DNA of 64,000 nucleotides from Lytechinus pictus (Eukaryota): assembly GCF_037042905.1 (NCBI RefSeq), contig NC_087245.1, positions 36,210,001-36,274,000 on the forward strand, read 5' to 3'. Under the pieces are notes generated by a model that was given only the letters and a program-made list of their open reading frames with translations, was not told the origin of the DNA and did not search any database. Position numbers and translations under genes: made by a program. Position 1 is the stretch's first letter; every line of letters begins with the position of its first letter. This document shows positions 38,971-52,300 of the stretch, one piece after another.

Positions 38971-39427
38971 ATTGAGGTAGAGGGGAGTGGGATGGGGTTG
39001 GGTTTAAATATCAAATAGGAAGACAGTAGGATGGGAGATGAAAAAGCAATATAAATAATGCATAAATGAAAGGAAGATACACAAAGTTTATACATGTCAT
39101 GTTAATAAAATAAGATGAAAATGGAAATGGAGCGTGTGTTATATATAAATGAACGATGAAAGAGAAATGGTATATTACACCTCATCAAAAATGAAGGAAG
39201 AAAAAGTGAAGATGGATACAGAGAAAATGAGGGAAACAAAAATTACCATTTATGGGAGAGAAGAGCAAAAGCGAGATAACATGATAGACAAGGAACACAC
39301 TGGTCACAAAAAAATAGATTTTTCATTCAGATTGAAAACAAGCAATAGACTGATCAGTTATGGAATAAGTTTTCAAATAATGCATTGTAGACTGGAGTCT
39401 ACATCACACAAGTTAACCCTAATTTAA

Positions 39428-39834
39428 AGGAAACCAAACCCTTTCCATTTGTTTTGTACACAATTTTTTCAGATTTTCCCTATTAATATTATCTTTCAAA
39501 TTACATATTGCCCCATTCTGAGCATAACATATGTCATGGGAAAATATAAATCACACCACATATGTCAAGGTCAGGAGGAGATGATGTGAAATGTGTAAAT
39601 AAAGGGGAAAATCTGAAAATTTTTGTACAAAACAAATGGAGGGTTGTCCACAAAATCAGCAATTTTGAAGCATGTTTGCCTATTTGAGGATCTCCATAGT
39701 AAGTACAACAAGACTTTTTAAATGTCCATAACTTGTTTATTTCATAATCGATTTTGATGAAACTTGTTTTAAATTGTTCCTCTCATTTTACTCTTTCCAA
39801 TAAGATTGCTTCTCTTCTTGGATTTTGGTTTCCT
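39428..39834. mobile_element. Kolobok-like MITE family E
   Basis: TTAA|AGGAAACCAAA...TTTGGTTTCCT|TTGA; internal inversion ~39445-39480 vs ~39605-39640. Confidence 0.65.
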
Positions 39835-39901
39835 TTGACTGAATTTCATTATGGATATAGATGTGTATCTTTCTTGTTGCATCATTATTTTCTTTAAAAA
39901 A

Positions 39902-40179
39902 GGCCTGGTCCCACTGTCTGACGGACACAAAACGTATTCATAACAGATACAGCGGACAAGCACAATTTTGGGATGGCTCCATCCATTTTCATCCGCTCCA
40001 GACATTGGGCAAAATGGGCAAACAATGAAATCACAGTGGACGGATGCTCGATGGATATAGAGCGTATGAAACACATTTGCAAAGAGTACACAACGGATAC
40101 ATAATGTTTTCCAACAGATGGCAAGATTCTTTTCCGTTTTACATCCTATCTGCATCCATAAGAGCAATGGGACCAAGCC
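39902..40179. mobile_element. MITE with GGC(C/T)TGGTCCCA termini
   Basis: GGCCTGGTCCCACTG / CAATGGGACCAAGCC|TTAA with internal ACGGAT/ATCCG motifs. Confidence 0.6.
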
Positions 40180-41087
40180 TTAAAATGAAGTAAATACCCA
40201 CTTTGTTGTAGAAATTTCAAGGAAAGCATTTCAAAGCACATGGCAAGTTTGTCAGATGAAAACTATTTTTCTTAATATCTTTTTGTTTAATGACTGAATG
40301 TGTTCCAGAATTCAACTGTGATCAATTTTCAAAGAGAAAATAAAATTCAAATGGCTGAAACAAAAAGACATAGTGGTGATACAATTCATGAAATATGCAT
40401 TCCAATTCATTTACATTACGTAAATTTGTGTTTTAGAGCCAACCTATAAAATTAAAATGCTTTGTGATCAGACACCCCTTTTCCAATTTTTACAAACTAA
40501 GAAAATAGAAGCAAAAGATTTCAAAGAAAAAAATTAATTGGACATCATTGCAAAAACAAAACAAGGTGGTTGTGAGGTTATTGCATTTTTGTTGTTGTTG
40601 TTTGGTGTGATGGGGAGGGGGGCAAAAAAGACCCCAATTATTATGGGGTTAAAACGCGTCATCAGAAAATATATATTGACACATCTACAACATTCTACAT
40701 GATTTGCATGACAGGGGTAGGAGCTTATTCATTTGTTTCTAATGGAATTCATGAATATGGACATGCATATATGCAAATATATGTACAGTATGTGGTGCAT
40801 TAGTACTGATGGACATGTTCTCACCATTATACAAATCACATTTCATGAGGATTCTAAGTATATACATGTAGAGTTACCAATGTGGATATAAGGGAGGGAA
40901 AAAATAAAATACACAAAAATTTGATAGACTATGTAGGTTTATACAATTACAGACTATCAATCAAAACTGATAACAACCATAAAAAAATAAATGCAAATTG
41001 AGTGATTTATGATTAGTTTCAGCAATATGTGTTTTAAATGCAGTCCACAGTCACAGATAAACATACATACAGCAAAAACATCTTTTC

Positions 41088-41470
41088 AGGAAAATGAAAC
41101 CTTTGGAACAAGATAGCTTGTCACGTTGTGTGAAAACAGAAAAATATGTATTCTTTCTATAGGAGGGCATATGTAATACAGATTTTCAAAGAATACATTA
41201 TGGATAAAGAGTTTGTATCATCATAAGAGCAGAAAGAGAAATTTTAAGGTATTTTTATAGTCCATCAAAGGGAAAGTTGTACACATGTGACATCACACAT
41301 CTTTGTCGCATTGCCAACCTAGGAGGATATAAGAAGCATTAGTGATCGCAAAATTCAAAGGCTCATAACTTTCTCATTATTTGTCTGATTTTTCTCAAAC
41401 TTGCTTTGATCTTATTCTTTGATTTTCTGTTACCAAACAAGCCCACTTGTTCCAAAGGTTTCATTCCCCT
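41088..41470. mobile_element. Kolobok-like MITE family C, internally deleted
   Basis: AATGAAACCTTTGGAACAAG / CTTGTTCCAAAGGTTTCATT ends; colinear with 56899-57483. Confidence 0.75.
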
Positions 41471-41829
41471 TTGAGAGTTACACCCCCACCCCCACAAAAA
41501 AGGAAAGTTTTTGAGGAAAAAGCTAACACAGCTATAACTTTGAAAACACATTTAATATTTTGAGAGTGGAGAAGCAACCTTGGTTTGAAACTGCTACTAT
41601 AGTGCGTAGGACAAGTCCTGATCGCATTTCCAATAATTTATTCTTGCAAGGAGAAGGTACAGCACATCAAATATTCATGTCATACAGTAACTGGTGGGGG
41701 GGACGACCAAAATAGAGGAAGAAAGACAGAGAAAGAGATCTAGAGAGAGGGAGAGAGAGAGAGGGATAATGAAGTGTAAAAAGAATGAAGAAAGAGAGAA
41801 GTGAATGCGTTGAAAACAATATACAATAC

Positions 41830-41909
41830 CTGTCTTGGATCTGTAATTCCTTGTGATGTTTTATGGCTAGCTTCTTCCTCCCTCTTCTTCTCTAGAGCGG
41901 CTAGTCTAT
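41830..41909 (-). CDS. Penultimate exon of the R-SNARE-motif gene
   Basis: Acceptor TTTGAACTTCAG and donor CAG|GTATTG; 80 nt, phase 1->0. Encodes DRLAALEKKREEEASHKTSQGITDPRQ. Confidence 0.75.
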
Positions 41910-42011
41910 CTGAAGTTCAAACCGCAAAATATCAAAATCATGATGAAATTATTTCATATTTAAGACACAAATTCAATTTCAATATAAAGGCAAAATGTTT
42001 ATTTATGAGAT

Positions 42012-42155
42012 CAGGGGCGGATCCAGGATTTTCCAAAAGGGGGGGCACATTTTCCCCAAGGAAAAATTTGACAAGCAAAAAAAAAAGGTTTCCAACAAAA
42101 AGTAAGGACATCTCGTCAGGCCGGCTTTGCCTCCCCCCCCCTGGATCCGCCAGTG
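42012..42155. mobile_element. CAG..CTG-type GGCGGATCCAGG MITE
   Basis: CAGGGGCGGATCCAGG / CCTGGATCCGCCAGTG; relatives at ~6298, 12814-12975, 19972, 52283. Confidence 0.65.
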
Positions 42156-42646
42156 TATAAGATAGAAAAGTGCCACTGTGACTATCGTATTATTGTATCA
42201 TAGTCATGATTCATGGACCGATAACAAGCACATTATACCTTTTTCAAAAATTGCTATTCCTTGACCGATTTAACCCGTTGGCGACTGGAACTGGGTGATC
42301 CCTGTACAAAGTCTATGGGAATGACTAAATTCAGTATTCAACAGGTTAAATGAAATTTCCAATGTTTTGTTTGCCTGATTTTATTATATCTGTTCAGATC
42401 CTAGCATTTTCAGCCTTGATTACCCCTTCAAGGCCAGATTCAACCAAAAGTTTCTCATTCAGAATCATGGTTTTCAAAGACGTTTAGCCGTGTTCAAGCA
42501 TTTTATTTTTTGTCAGCCATTAAATCAAGCATCTTTCAAATGATTAAATGCTGGAATAGGTGTATATTCAAAGGTTATTCTGCAAATGCAACAATGATAG
42601 AATTTGATAACATAGCTCTCAATCATAATTCTGGGATGACAGGACT

Positions 42647-43048
42647 TAGACCTGTCCTCATTACACTTTCTAAATTTAGATTACTGGAAACTGTTTCAGG
42701 AAATCAGTTTGGAAGATCGCTTTGTTAGCCTTCCCATTCGATCAGTCAAAAGTGGTTTTCAAAACCACTTCAAGCAAAGTGGCCTTGTTGCTATGGGAAC
42801 GCTCTCAGTGGGGGTGACATGTTGCACTTGAAATTTGAAACTGCAGCGTACACATTCTACACATAGACTAGCATGCCCAAAATTTGCAAAGACCGCCTCC
42901 CGAAGAACGGTTGTGTCCTCACTTACTCTAAATCCAGTATAACAAGATCGCTTCCAAGACTGCTTCGACTATTCTCATTACATGTTAAATTAATTTCCGA
43001 ACTAGTTTCCAGTAAACTAGTTTTAGGACAGTGATGAGAACTGGGCCA
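42647..43048. mobile_element. MITE with AAACCAGTTT/AAACTAGTTT repeats
   Basis: Colinear with 50191-50620. Confidence 0.65.
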
Positions 43049-43209
43049 AATTTCACAATGTGTACACCTAAGATGAATATCAACAGCTTTGAAGAAAATT
43101 GCTTGAACAAAAGCCAGCAGCGATAGGCTTTTGGGTTTAATAATGATAATATGCAACATATACATATAGCACATACATGTAATACATCGTTTTCAAGCGC
43201 TGGATACTA

Positions 43210-43636
43210 TAAGCCAGTTCGTAGTTCCACTCTGCGCATGATCAGAGGAAGGTCATTTGTACTAAAGTGACATGGTGGTTTAAAATTTGATGAGATAAGC
43301 ACCAAACTCGATGTCTTGATTATTCATATATTCTTTTGAATTGTGTTTTTCATTCACATCCACAAAAAATGCGTCTACGAATGACTGGTATATTTCAGTT
43401 TTGCCAAGTACATTGTACAACATCCTCTAGTATGCATTCAAAGTAGAAATGCAACAAATAACTTCATAAAGTGTTCATTGATGTGCTTTTCTAGTCACCT
43501 GGTCTATTCAATTTCTTCATCCCGCTATGTAAGGCATGCATACGTAATATCTTGCTTTGAAATCTACCTATCTTAATGAAAGAAATGAAAGGTCATTTGA
43601 CCAAAATTGTTCCAGAAGTAACTACGAACTGGTCTA
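43210..43636. mobile_element. Academ-like MITE
   Basis: CCAGTTCGTAGTT / AACTACGAACTGGTCTA TIRs; the CTA right end implies TAG termini. Confidence 0.55.
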
Positions 43637-43740
43637 TTAACCCAGCTTTAGCGCGGCTACCCTCAACGGAAGCTATAGCATTCACAGAATAAACACATTC
43701 AAGCAGCCTGGTTCCTGGTTCAGACATGATTCTAGCTTAA

Positions 43741-44333
43741 AGGTCAAGTCCATCCCAGGAAAATGCTGACTTTAATAAATAGAGAAAAATCAAACTAGCA
43801 TAGTGCTGAAAATTTCATCAAAATCGGATGTAAAATAAGAAAGTTATGACATTTTAAAGTTTCGCTTATATTTCACAAAACAGTGATATATGCACAACTA
43901 GGTGAGTCAGTGGATGATGTCCATCACTCACTATTTCTTTTGTTTTTTATTGTTTGAATTATACAATAATTCAATTTTTATAGATTTGAGAATAAGGACC
44001 AACTTGACTGAACCATACAGTATCAAACAATGCTAATTCCACATGTTCAGGGAGGAATTAATCATTGTATCACTTGACAATGAGGAGAAAATTAGAATAT
44101 TTCATATTTCATATAATGAAATACAAAAGAAATAGTGAGTGGATGATGTCATAGTTTCCTCATTTGCATACCAGCCAGGATGTGCATATAACTGTTTTGT
44201 GAAATTAAGCGAAATTTTAAAATGTCATAACTTTCTTAATTTACATCCGATTTTGATGAAATTTTCAGTGTTATGCTTATTGCATTTTTCTCTTTTTATT
44301 CAAATAAACTTTTTGTTGGGGTGGACTTGTCCT
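43741..44333. mobile_element. Kolobok-like MITE family A
   Basis: TTAA|AGGTCAAGTCCA...TGGACTTGTCCT|TTAA. Confidence 0.85.
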
Positions 44334-44390
44334 TTAAGAAAATCACTTGAAAGGACCCCCTCCCCCCAAAAAATCTAATTCTTGCTTTAA

Positions 44391-45073
44391 AGGTCAAGCA
44401 CATCGAAACACTTGATTTCAATCAATAGAGAAAAATAAAACAATCATAATGCTGAAAGTTTCATCACGATCAGATATAAAATAAGGAAGTTATGAAATTT
44501 CTAAAATTTAGCTAATTTTTCACTAAAGAGTAATAAGCACAACTCAGTGACATGCAAATGGGAGAGTCGATGATGTCACTCACTCACTTTTTCTTGTTTT
44601 TATTGTTTGTGTTACACAATATTTAAATATTTAATGATTTGACAATAAGGACCCTCTTGATTGAACCATGCCATTTTAAAACAATGGTAATTCCACATGT
44701 TCAAGGAGGAATAAAACCTTTTTTCCTATAAAAATGTGGGGAACTTTAAGACATTTCATATTTCCTATAATAAAAAACATTTCCTATAATAAAAAAAAAC
44801 AAAGGAAATAGTGACATCAGAAGTTTTGCTTTCATTCTTTTTTTTTACACTGTAATGCTATACTATTACTAATAATGTTACATTCTAACCTCCCACTTTC
44901 CTGGTGACATATCACCGAGTTGTGCATAATACTGTTTTGTGAAAAATAAGCAAAACTCTGTCATAACTTTCTTATCTTACATTCAATTTTGATGAAACTA
45001 TCAGTGTTATGTTTGTTGGATTTTTCTCTCTTTATTCAAATCCATTTTTTATTGTCCTGAGTAATCTTGCCCT
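44391..45073. mobile_element. Kolobok-like MITE family A, older copy
   Basis: TTAA|AGGTCAAG...CTTGCCCT|TTAA with a diverged body. Confidence 0.75.
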
Positions 45074-45128
45074 TTAAGAATATCACATGAAAACAAAAAA
45101 CAAATCATGATAGCCCCTTTAACATTAC

Positions 45129-45203
45129 CTCGTGCATACTTGGATTTCATGCGCTCTGAGCTGACCCGTTTGAACTGGTTATTGCTGGATGATGAAGTCT
45201 CAT
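45129..45203 (-). CDS. Internal exon of the R-SNARE-motif gene
   Basis: Acceptor TTTTATTTTGTCTTGCAG and donor GAG|GTAATG; 75 nt, phase 1->1. Encodes ETSSSSNNQFKRVSSERMKSKYAR. Confidence 0.75.
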
Positions 45204-45477
45204 CTGCAAGACAAAATAAAATAAGAGAGGGGCAATTATTTAGCACTTTTTACATTAACAATAATACCAATGATTATTATTAGTCATCACAAAACAGTGG
45301 AGAAGGGCCGTTGCTTTTTTTTTACCCAAGGCCATTTGGGACAAATATAGCACATTTGTGGTTTTCCCTAGAACTTTAATATGAAGAAGAGCCTTTTAAA
45401 AGAAACTTATATTTCAACTATTGTTTATTTCCATAATAAAAAATAATAGGGGATATGTAACATCAATTCTTGCATAC

Positions 45478-46083
45478 TGCTCCAGGCTGAAGATATTTAT
45501 ATTTAAATAAATAGAGTAAAATTCACAGAGCAAAATGCTGAAAATTTCCCTAAAAATCGGATATCAAGATAACGAAGTTATTGAATTTTAAAGTATAGCA
45601 ATATTTTGTGAAAACAGTTGTACATGTATGCACGTCGTCATGAATATTCATTAGGTGGGCGGATGATGTCACATCCCCAGTTTACTTTTCTTATGTAATT
45701 ACATGAAATCATAACTGTTTCATTTTTTCATAAATATGTAAATAATGTGTCTCAATTATGATAAATATCTTGCAGCAATGAATAACTAATGCACTTAATC
45801 AGTTGTCAATCCAATTGTTTTAGTTATTGCTAGAAAAAATGTTGAATAAACCTAATTTCATATAATAAAATACAAAAGAACAAGTGGGGATGTGACATCA
45901 TCAGCCCACCTAATGAATATTTATGAAGACTTGCCTGGAACTGTTTCACCAGAATAATGCAAATCTTTAAAATTCAATAACTTCTTTATTTGTTATCCGA
46001 TTTTGATTGAATTTTCAGCATTTTGCTTTGTGAATTTTACTCTATTTATTGAGATATAAATATATTCAGTCTGGAGCATCCCT
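45478..46083. mobile_element. Kolobok-like MITE family B
   Basis: Closely colinear with 28167-28763; right end GGAGCATCCCT|TTAA. Confidence 0.85.
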
Positions 46084-46444
46084 TTAAATTGGCATAGCAA
46101 TGGAAACAAATCACACACAAAATATGATGAATTTTAAACAGACATTCTTTAACAATCAATCTCTGTTCACCCCTAAAACATGAACTTCGAAAGGAACAAT
46201 GAATGATTTCAACATGTAGAGTACACTTTTTAAAAACCTCCCCACCCCTCCCTCCCTCCCCCCCACCTAAAAGGTTCAGTCAATAAATATACAATAACCA
46301 TAAATAGGCCCTGTTTTTTTCAGGACACTCAAATGTTCAATTATAACTAAGGGATGAAATTTCAAATCAATACAAATTACCTGTTGAATAAAAAAAATAT
46401 GTGCATGAATAAGAGATAACTGCCACAGTTGCGTTGTATATTAA

Positions 46445-47027
46445 AGGAGAATGAAACCCTTGAAACCAGCTGAATCCATATCAAAGAGAAAAATCAAAGA
46501 AACATATTGTTGAAAGTTTGAGGAAGATTGAATGAATAATAAGAAAGTTATGAGCATTCGAATATTGAGATCACTAGTGCCATGTAGATCCTCCCAACGG
46601 CAATGCGACCAAGATCTGTGATATCACACACGTACAACTCCCTCATTACTTTAGTACTTATTTCACTTATATTCTCACTTTTATAGAGTCTATCACAAGG
46701 TGAGATGTTCTCTTTATGAGAGGACAAGTACAGAGGTTTCGCAACATTATATCATTGATGAATCGTTTGTCATATGATTAGAATGAGCAAAAAGAGATGT
46801 TTTGGGGTATATTTTCAGTGTCCAAATGGGAGAGTTGTACGTGTGTGACATCACAGATCTTGGTCGCATTGCCAATGGGAGGATCTCCATAGCATTAGTG
46901 ATCTCGACATTCAAATGCTCATAACTCTTTTATTGCTAGTCCTATTTTACTCAAAGTTTTGTTGATCTTATTCTTTGATTTTTCTGCTTTCACAAAAACT
47001 AACTTGCTCCAAGAGTTTCATTCTCCT
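46445..47027. mobile_element. Kolobok-like MITE family C, intact
   Basis: TTAA|AGGAGAATGAAAC...GTTTCATTCTCCT|TTAA. Confidence 0.85.
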
Positions 47028-47699
47028 TTAACTGTTAACATGCCCATCCCCTCTTTCAAAGATGCAAGCTACATGTATGTTACAGTGGAAAACACTCCGT
47101 CCCTCAGATAGGACGTTAAATGGAGGCCCGTGTAGAGGAGAGTCACTGCACTATTCGTATAAGAGTAGGGGGTAACCCTGGACATTTGTAATAGGTCCAT
47201 GCCCTGGAGAAGTGGTCCACCTGCACTCCCCCAATCAGTTATATCGGGATGAGAGACCTGTGGGTCATAGTGATTCAGTTCACTTTTCCCCTCCCAGGCA
47301 CAGGTGATGTCAAAATCATAATAATTTAACAGTCACTTTACAGTACTAGTAAGCCCTTATAAGTAGATGTATAAATAGTATTTTAAACTTACAGAAGCCA
47401 TCATCAACACTTCCGAATGTGCATCGAATACAGAGCATTGTTAAATGAATGATGTAGAAGCTCGATATTAAAATGACCTATATGTACCTGTAGTCTGTAC
47501 AACTGAATTTGTCTACTTGTATTAGCATAGAATGTACCAAGTGACACATCTTTCCTAAAATGAATAAAGGTGCTTTCAGACCAGCATGAAAAAAAATCTG
47601 ACCATTGACTGTAACTAAAGTATACACACCAGGTATTTGATAAATTGAATCAATATTATCTGCAAACTTTACACATGAATGTGAACACCTTGGTAGCCT

Positions 47700-48262
47700 C
47701 CCGGGGACGGGGCACTTACATTGATGAGTGGATACCATGCGCGACCAAAACAATACGTAAAAAGGATGTCTTTTTCAAGATAGGGCACGTTACGTACGTA
47801 ACGTGATAAGGGTGTCAAAAACACTAAAATAATGAAAAAAGGGTATCTATTTTTGCTAGGAAAGCTACTTGTTTAGGGTCAAATTTGCGAGGGTGTAAAA
47901 AATTAAGACTTAAGTGTTTTATAAAGTATGTACTTTTGCCCCAAGAGTCAACACTACGTGTTTAGAGTACGATTTGCGCGAGATGTGGGAGGCGGGGCTG
48001 TACTATTGTAGGTGAAGGTAAAACCGACGGCCGACGTCCGTGACATAACAATAAAAATATCGCTCTACTTGTTTAGGGGGTCAATTCAGAGAACTTAACA
48101 AGAATATTGTTTTGTTTCCAATACTTGTAAGGGTAGGGTTTCACACGCCAATACTTGTTAAGGGGTGCATATTCAGAAAATGGAAAATACGTGTTTAGGG
48201 TGCTTTTCAAAACCCCATGTTCGCGCATGGTATCCACTCGTCAATGGAAGTGGCCCCCCGGG
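47700..48262. mobile_element. CCCGGGG..CCCCGGG DNA element
   Basis: TIRs extend through CACTT.CATTGA.GAGTGGATACCATGCGCGA; flanks GTAGCCT/CTAGCCT look like a 7-bp duplication with 1 mismatch. Confidence 0.75.
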
Positions 48263-49059
48263 CTAGCCTCATTACCTTGGCTTTACATGTACATATTACT
48301 GCCATGTTAATCTCGAAATGCATATTGCTTGAATCGTCATCTTTCCTGCATTAAATTGTCACTTAAAGACAAAATGGAGTTTTCAACGCTGTACTATTCA
48401 TCGAGTTGGATTTCTTGTGCCAATAGGGTTAATTATCAAAATGCCTTTCTACAAAGGGCGACAATTATTATGAAAATGTTACTGCATAACTTAAAAGGAA
48501 ATGGGTTTGGCAATGAATGCTGGGTAATCTATAGCCTGTTAATTTAGCTTGCTAGCAGAATAGAAAGTTGCACATATTCATTGGTATTCTTGCGATTAGG
48601 AAGGTATGAAAGCACCCTCTACACGGTTTGGAAGAAAGCCAGTATTGTGTACTAAGCAACTGTTGAACGAATTACACAACTGCTTACCGATACTGCTGAT
48701 ATTCACTATTTATAAGTGAATATTGAGTCACCTATTTGATGAATACCACAGAAGTTGACACATGACCAAAATTTGTAATGTCAAAGATTGCTCAATGTTT
48801 ATCACTCACAAAAATCATCTTCTTGAAAACAACTGAAGTTATGATTTTAAAACATTTAGTGAAAGTACAAGTAGTAGGCAGTGCTCAGTTGTATACATTA
48901 AATTATATAGATAATGCAATTTAGTAATAAATGTACTGGACATTTTAACTTTTCACATTCTTCTGCACCTCAATGAATATTTTTTGTCTACATGTAGGTA
49001 AACATAACTTTTAGGTTGTTTGTGCCGACTGGATCTGAGGACATAAAACCAAACGAATC

Positions 49060-49240
49060 ATTGACCCAGGTGAGGTAAATGGGTACCAGCAGGAAGTAAT
49101 TCCTCAAAAAGCTGTGTGCACCGAATAGGTAGCCTAGATTAGCCGGGTAATAATAGCAGGGCCCGCTGGGAGAACAGTTTTCGGAACTGAAGTGGCTACC
49201 CTGGGTAAATATATCTTTATTATTATTATATTATTATTAT
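49060..49240 (+). mobile_element. 5'-truncated SINE
   Basis: ACCCAGGTGAGGTAAATGGGTACC core, AGCCGGGTAATAATA, (ATT)n tail. Confidence 0.65.
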
Positions 49241-49639
49241 TGTGTAAACAATAGTTAATTTCAGATATCTCCTGCATTGTCATTTAAAGGGGGGTACATT
49301 TCATACTATAGTTTCTTGAAATTTTCCAGGCAGGACAACGAATAACAGAAGGAAAATCAAGCCTATTATTTAATGTGAAGTCTGTAGTCAGCAGGCACAG
49401 ACCCTGATTGAAACTTTGATCAACAAGTGTGTCTCCATGCAAAGACTAGCACATACAAAACTTGCTGTTTTTGGCTGCAATTCAGACCCTTAACTCGAGT
49501 GAAGGGTCTGAATAGAGTAGACTATGAAGTCTGGGTGTGAGAGGAGGGGGGGGGGGCAATGGTGCTCCGGGGAGTGTTTAGGAAAAGAAAACGAGTTAGA
49601 AAGGAAGAAGAAATCTTCAAATCAATCTTATTATCTTAA

Positions 49640-50011
49640 AGGAGAATGAAACTCTTGGAGCAAGTTAGCTTTTGTGAAAGCAGAAAAATCAAAGAATAAG
49701 ATCAACAAAAGTTTGAGTAAAATAGGACTAGCAATAGAAGAGTTATGAGCATTTGAATGTCGAGATCACTAATGCTATGGAGATCCTCCTATTGGCAATG
49801 CGACCAAGATCTATGTTGTCACAGATGAACAACTCTCCCCTTTTGGACACTGAAAATATACCCCAAACATCTTTTTTTGCTCATTCTAATCATATGACAA
49901 ACGATTCATCAATGATATAATGTTGTGAAACCTCTGTACTTGTCCTCTCATAAAGAGAACACCTCACCTTGTGATAGACTCTATAAAAGTGAGAATATAA
50001 GTGAAATAAGT
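49640..50011. mobile_element. Kolobok-like MITE family C, truncated, inverted relative to 46445-47027
   Basis: TTAA|AGGAGAATGAAACTCTTGGAGCAAG; close reverse complement of ~46655-47027. Confidence 0.8.
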
Positions 50012-50190
50012 GTGGAAAGCGTGGAAAAAGCTTCTGGATATCACAAATAGGCCTATATCATTTCATAGTTCAAAGTGATAACTTTTTTGATAATTGATTT
50101 GCACTGTACAGATTCCTCAGTTAGTTGATTCTTTGCTTTTGTGCTGTATCATCAGTATGTAATGTATATGGCAAGTGTCCCTGCTGTCTA

Positions 50191-50620
50191 TGACACCTTT
50201 CTCACTTTCTAAAACTAGTTTACTGGAAACCAGATCAAGAAACCAGTTTGGAAGATCGCTTTTGCTAGCATTCCCATTTGATCTCCCAAAAGTGGTTTTC
50301 AAAACTACTTCATGTATAAACACTCTCAGTGGCATGAGTGGGGTGATATGTTTTGCGCAAAATTTGAAACCGCAGCATCATAGGCATTCCACATACAGTA
50401 TGTGGAGTAGCGCGCTCGAATGTGTGAAGATCACTTCCCGAAGAACGGTTGTTGTGTCCTCACTCATGCTAAAACCAGTTTAATGAGGCAAAGCAATCTT
50501 CAAAACTATACATCGCGTGGGGTTTTATGAACCAGTTTGGAAGATCGCTTCGACTGTTCTCATTACACGTTAAACCAGTTTCCACTAACTAGTTTTAGGA
50601 AGGTATTGAGAACGGTGTCA
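50191..50620. mobile_element. MITE with TGACACC..GGTGTCA ends
   Basis: TGACACCTTTCTCA / TGAGAACGGTGTCA ends and AAACCAGTTT repeats. Confidence 0.7.
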
Positions 50621-51308
50621 CAGTCACTGTGGTGCTGTGGAGACCACTGAGTAGATAAGACTAGATCATGCGAATTATGGGCAAAAGACCAGTTTATTTC
50701 CAATTGGTCTAATGCGAATTATTCCAATTACCAACTCATCTACTATCATTTGGTCTACCATCAGTTCGTCCACTCTCCACATGGTCTAATTGCCATTTCG
50801 TCAACTCACCATTTCATCTAATAACCAGTTGGTCCAATAGCCAGGGCTCAACAGTAGCAGTGGCCCGGTGGCCCAGGGCAACCAAAAATAAGAGTCAGGA
50901 CACCAAAATTCTGTAGAAGCCCACACTTAGTGGCCCGGTTGGGCTCCCAAAGTTTGGATAAATTGTAATTTTTTCTATTGTTTTAGGGCCACCAAATTTG
51001 CTTTGCAGCCCACCAAAATATAAAATTGATGATTTTGGTGGAATGATTGGGCCATCAAGAAAAAAGTTAGTGTGGAGCCATGCAATAGCCATTTAGTCCA
51101 TATACCATTAGGTCTAATTGGATTAAGTGTTAATTGGGCGAAAAAAAGGGAAATAAAATGGATATTACCAAATGGTTATGAGACGAAATGTTGGTGGACG
51201 GGATGGCATTAGACTAAATGAAGATAGACCATGTGGTGAGTGGACAAGTTGGCAGTAGACAAATTGGCAATTTATCCAAAGACCCAGCGGCCCTGCCTAC
51301 ACCCCTAC

Positions 51309-51389
51309 CTCGATCTTTGCTTGTGAAAAAAGTGAGTCTTTGGAGCAAGGCTGAGCGGTTTCTGAGTATAATTGAGGGTCCAGAAAGGT
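51309..51389 (-). CDS. Candidate 81-nt cassette exon of the R-SNARE-motif gene
   Basis: Strong acceptor CCCCTTCCACCTTTTTCAG and donor GAG|GTAGGG. Phase 1->1 and open: LSGPSIILRNRSALLQRLTFFTSKDR. Confidence 0.5.
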
Positions 51390-51674
51390 CTGAAAAAGGT
51401 GGAAGGGGTAATCGAAGTGGCACATCCCTATACCACATTATTAATGATTGCTCCCCTTATTCACTGAGCTAAAGATGATACCAGATACACCATTCTACAC
51501 AAACAGAACAAGCCCATAGTTGTTATGTAATCATTATTCATTGGTGTGAACGTATCAAGATATGATAACGATGCATTGAGTATTAAAATCAATATGAAAA
51601 TTAGAATTATATGATGTACTGTACATGTATACACACTGTGTATGCTTTACGGATCATCTTGTATGATGCATTCA

Positions 51675-51718
51675 ATAATGATGATGATGATGATAATGAT
51701 GACGATGATGACAATAAC

Positions 51719-51750
<32 letters not shown>

Positions 51751-52300
51751 CGACGATGATGATGATGATGACAATAATGATGATGAAGATGGTGATGATG
51801 ATGATGATAATGATGATAATGATGATTTAAGTGATGATGGTGATGATGGTGATGATGACGATGATGATGATGATGATGGTGATGATTAAAATGATGATGA
51901 TGATGATTGATGATGGCGTTTGTGGTGATGATAATATTGATGATGATGATGATGATGATGATTAAAATGATGATGGTGATGATGATTAAAATGATGATGG
52001 TGATGATGATGATGATGGTGTTTGTGGTGATGATGATGGTGATGATGATTAAAATGATGATGGTGATGATGATGGTGATGATGATTGATGATGGCGTTTG
52101 TGGTGATGATGATGATATTGATGATGATGATGGTGATGATGATTAAAATGATGATGGTGATGATGATGGTGATGATGATTAAAATGATGATGGTGATGAT
52201 GATAATGGTGTTTGTGGTGATGATGATATTGATGATGATGATGATGATAAATAATGATGATGATTCAAGTGATGATGATGATAGAAATGATAAAGATGAC
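51675..52300 (+). repeat. (GAT)n compound microsatellite with higher-order repeats
   Basis: GAT runs interrupted by recurring TAAAAT and GGCGTTTGTGGT. Confidence 0.95.

Noticed and set aside
37753..39095. Long Pro-rich ORFs of up to 382 aa
   Set aside because: They are translations of the 71-bp minisatellite cycling through three frames, start mostly at non-ATG codons, and lie in an intron.
47391..47460. Possible extra exon ending at a GTAAGT donor
   Set aside because: No convincing acceptor or compatible open frame.
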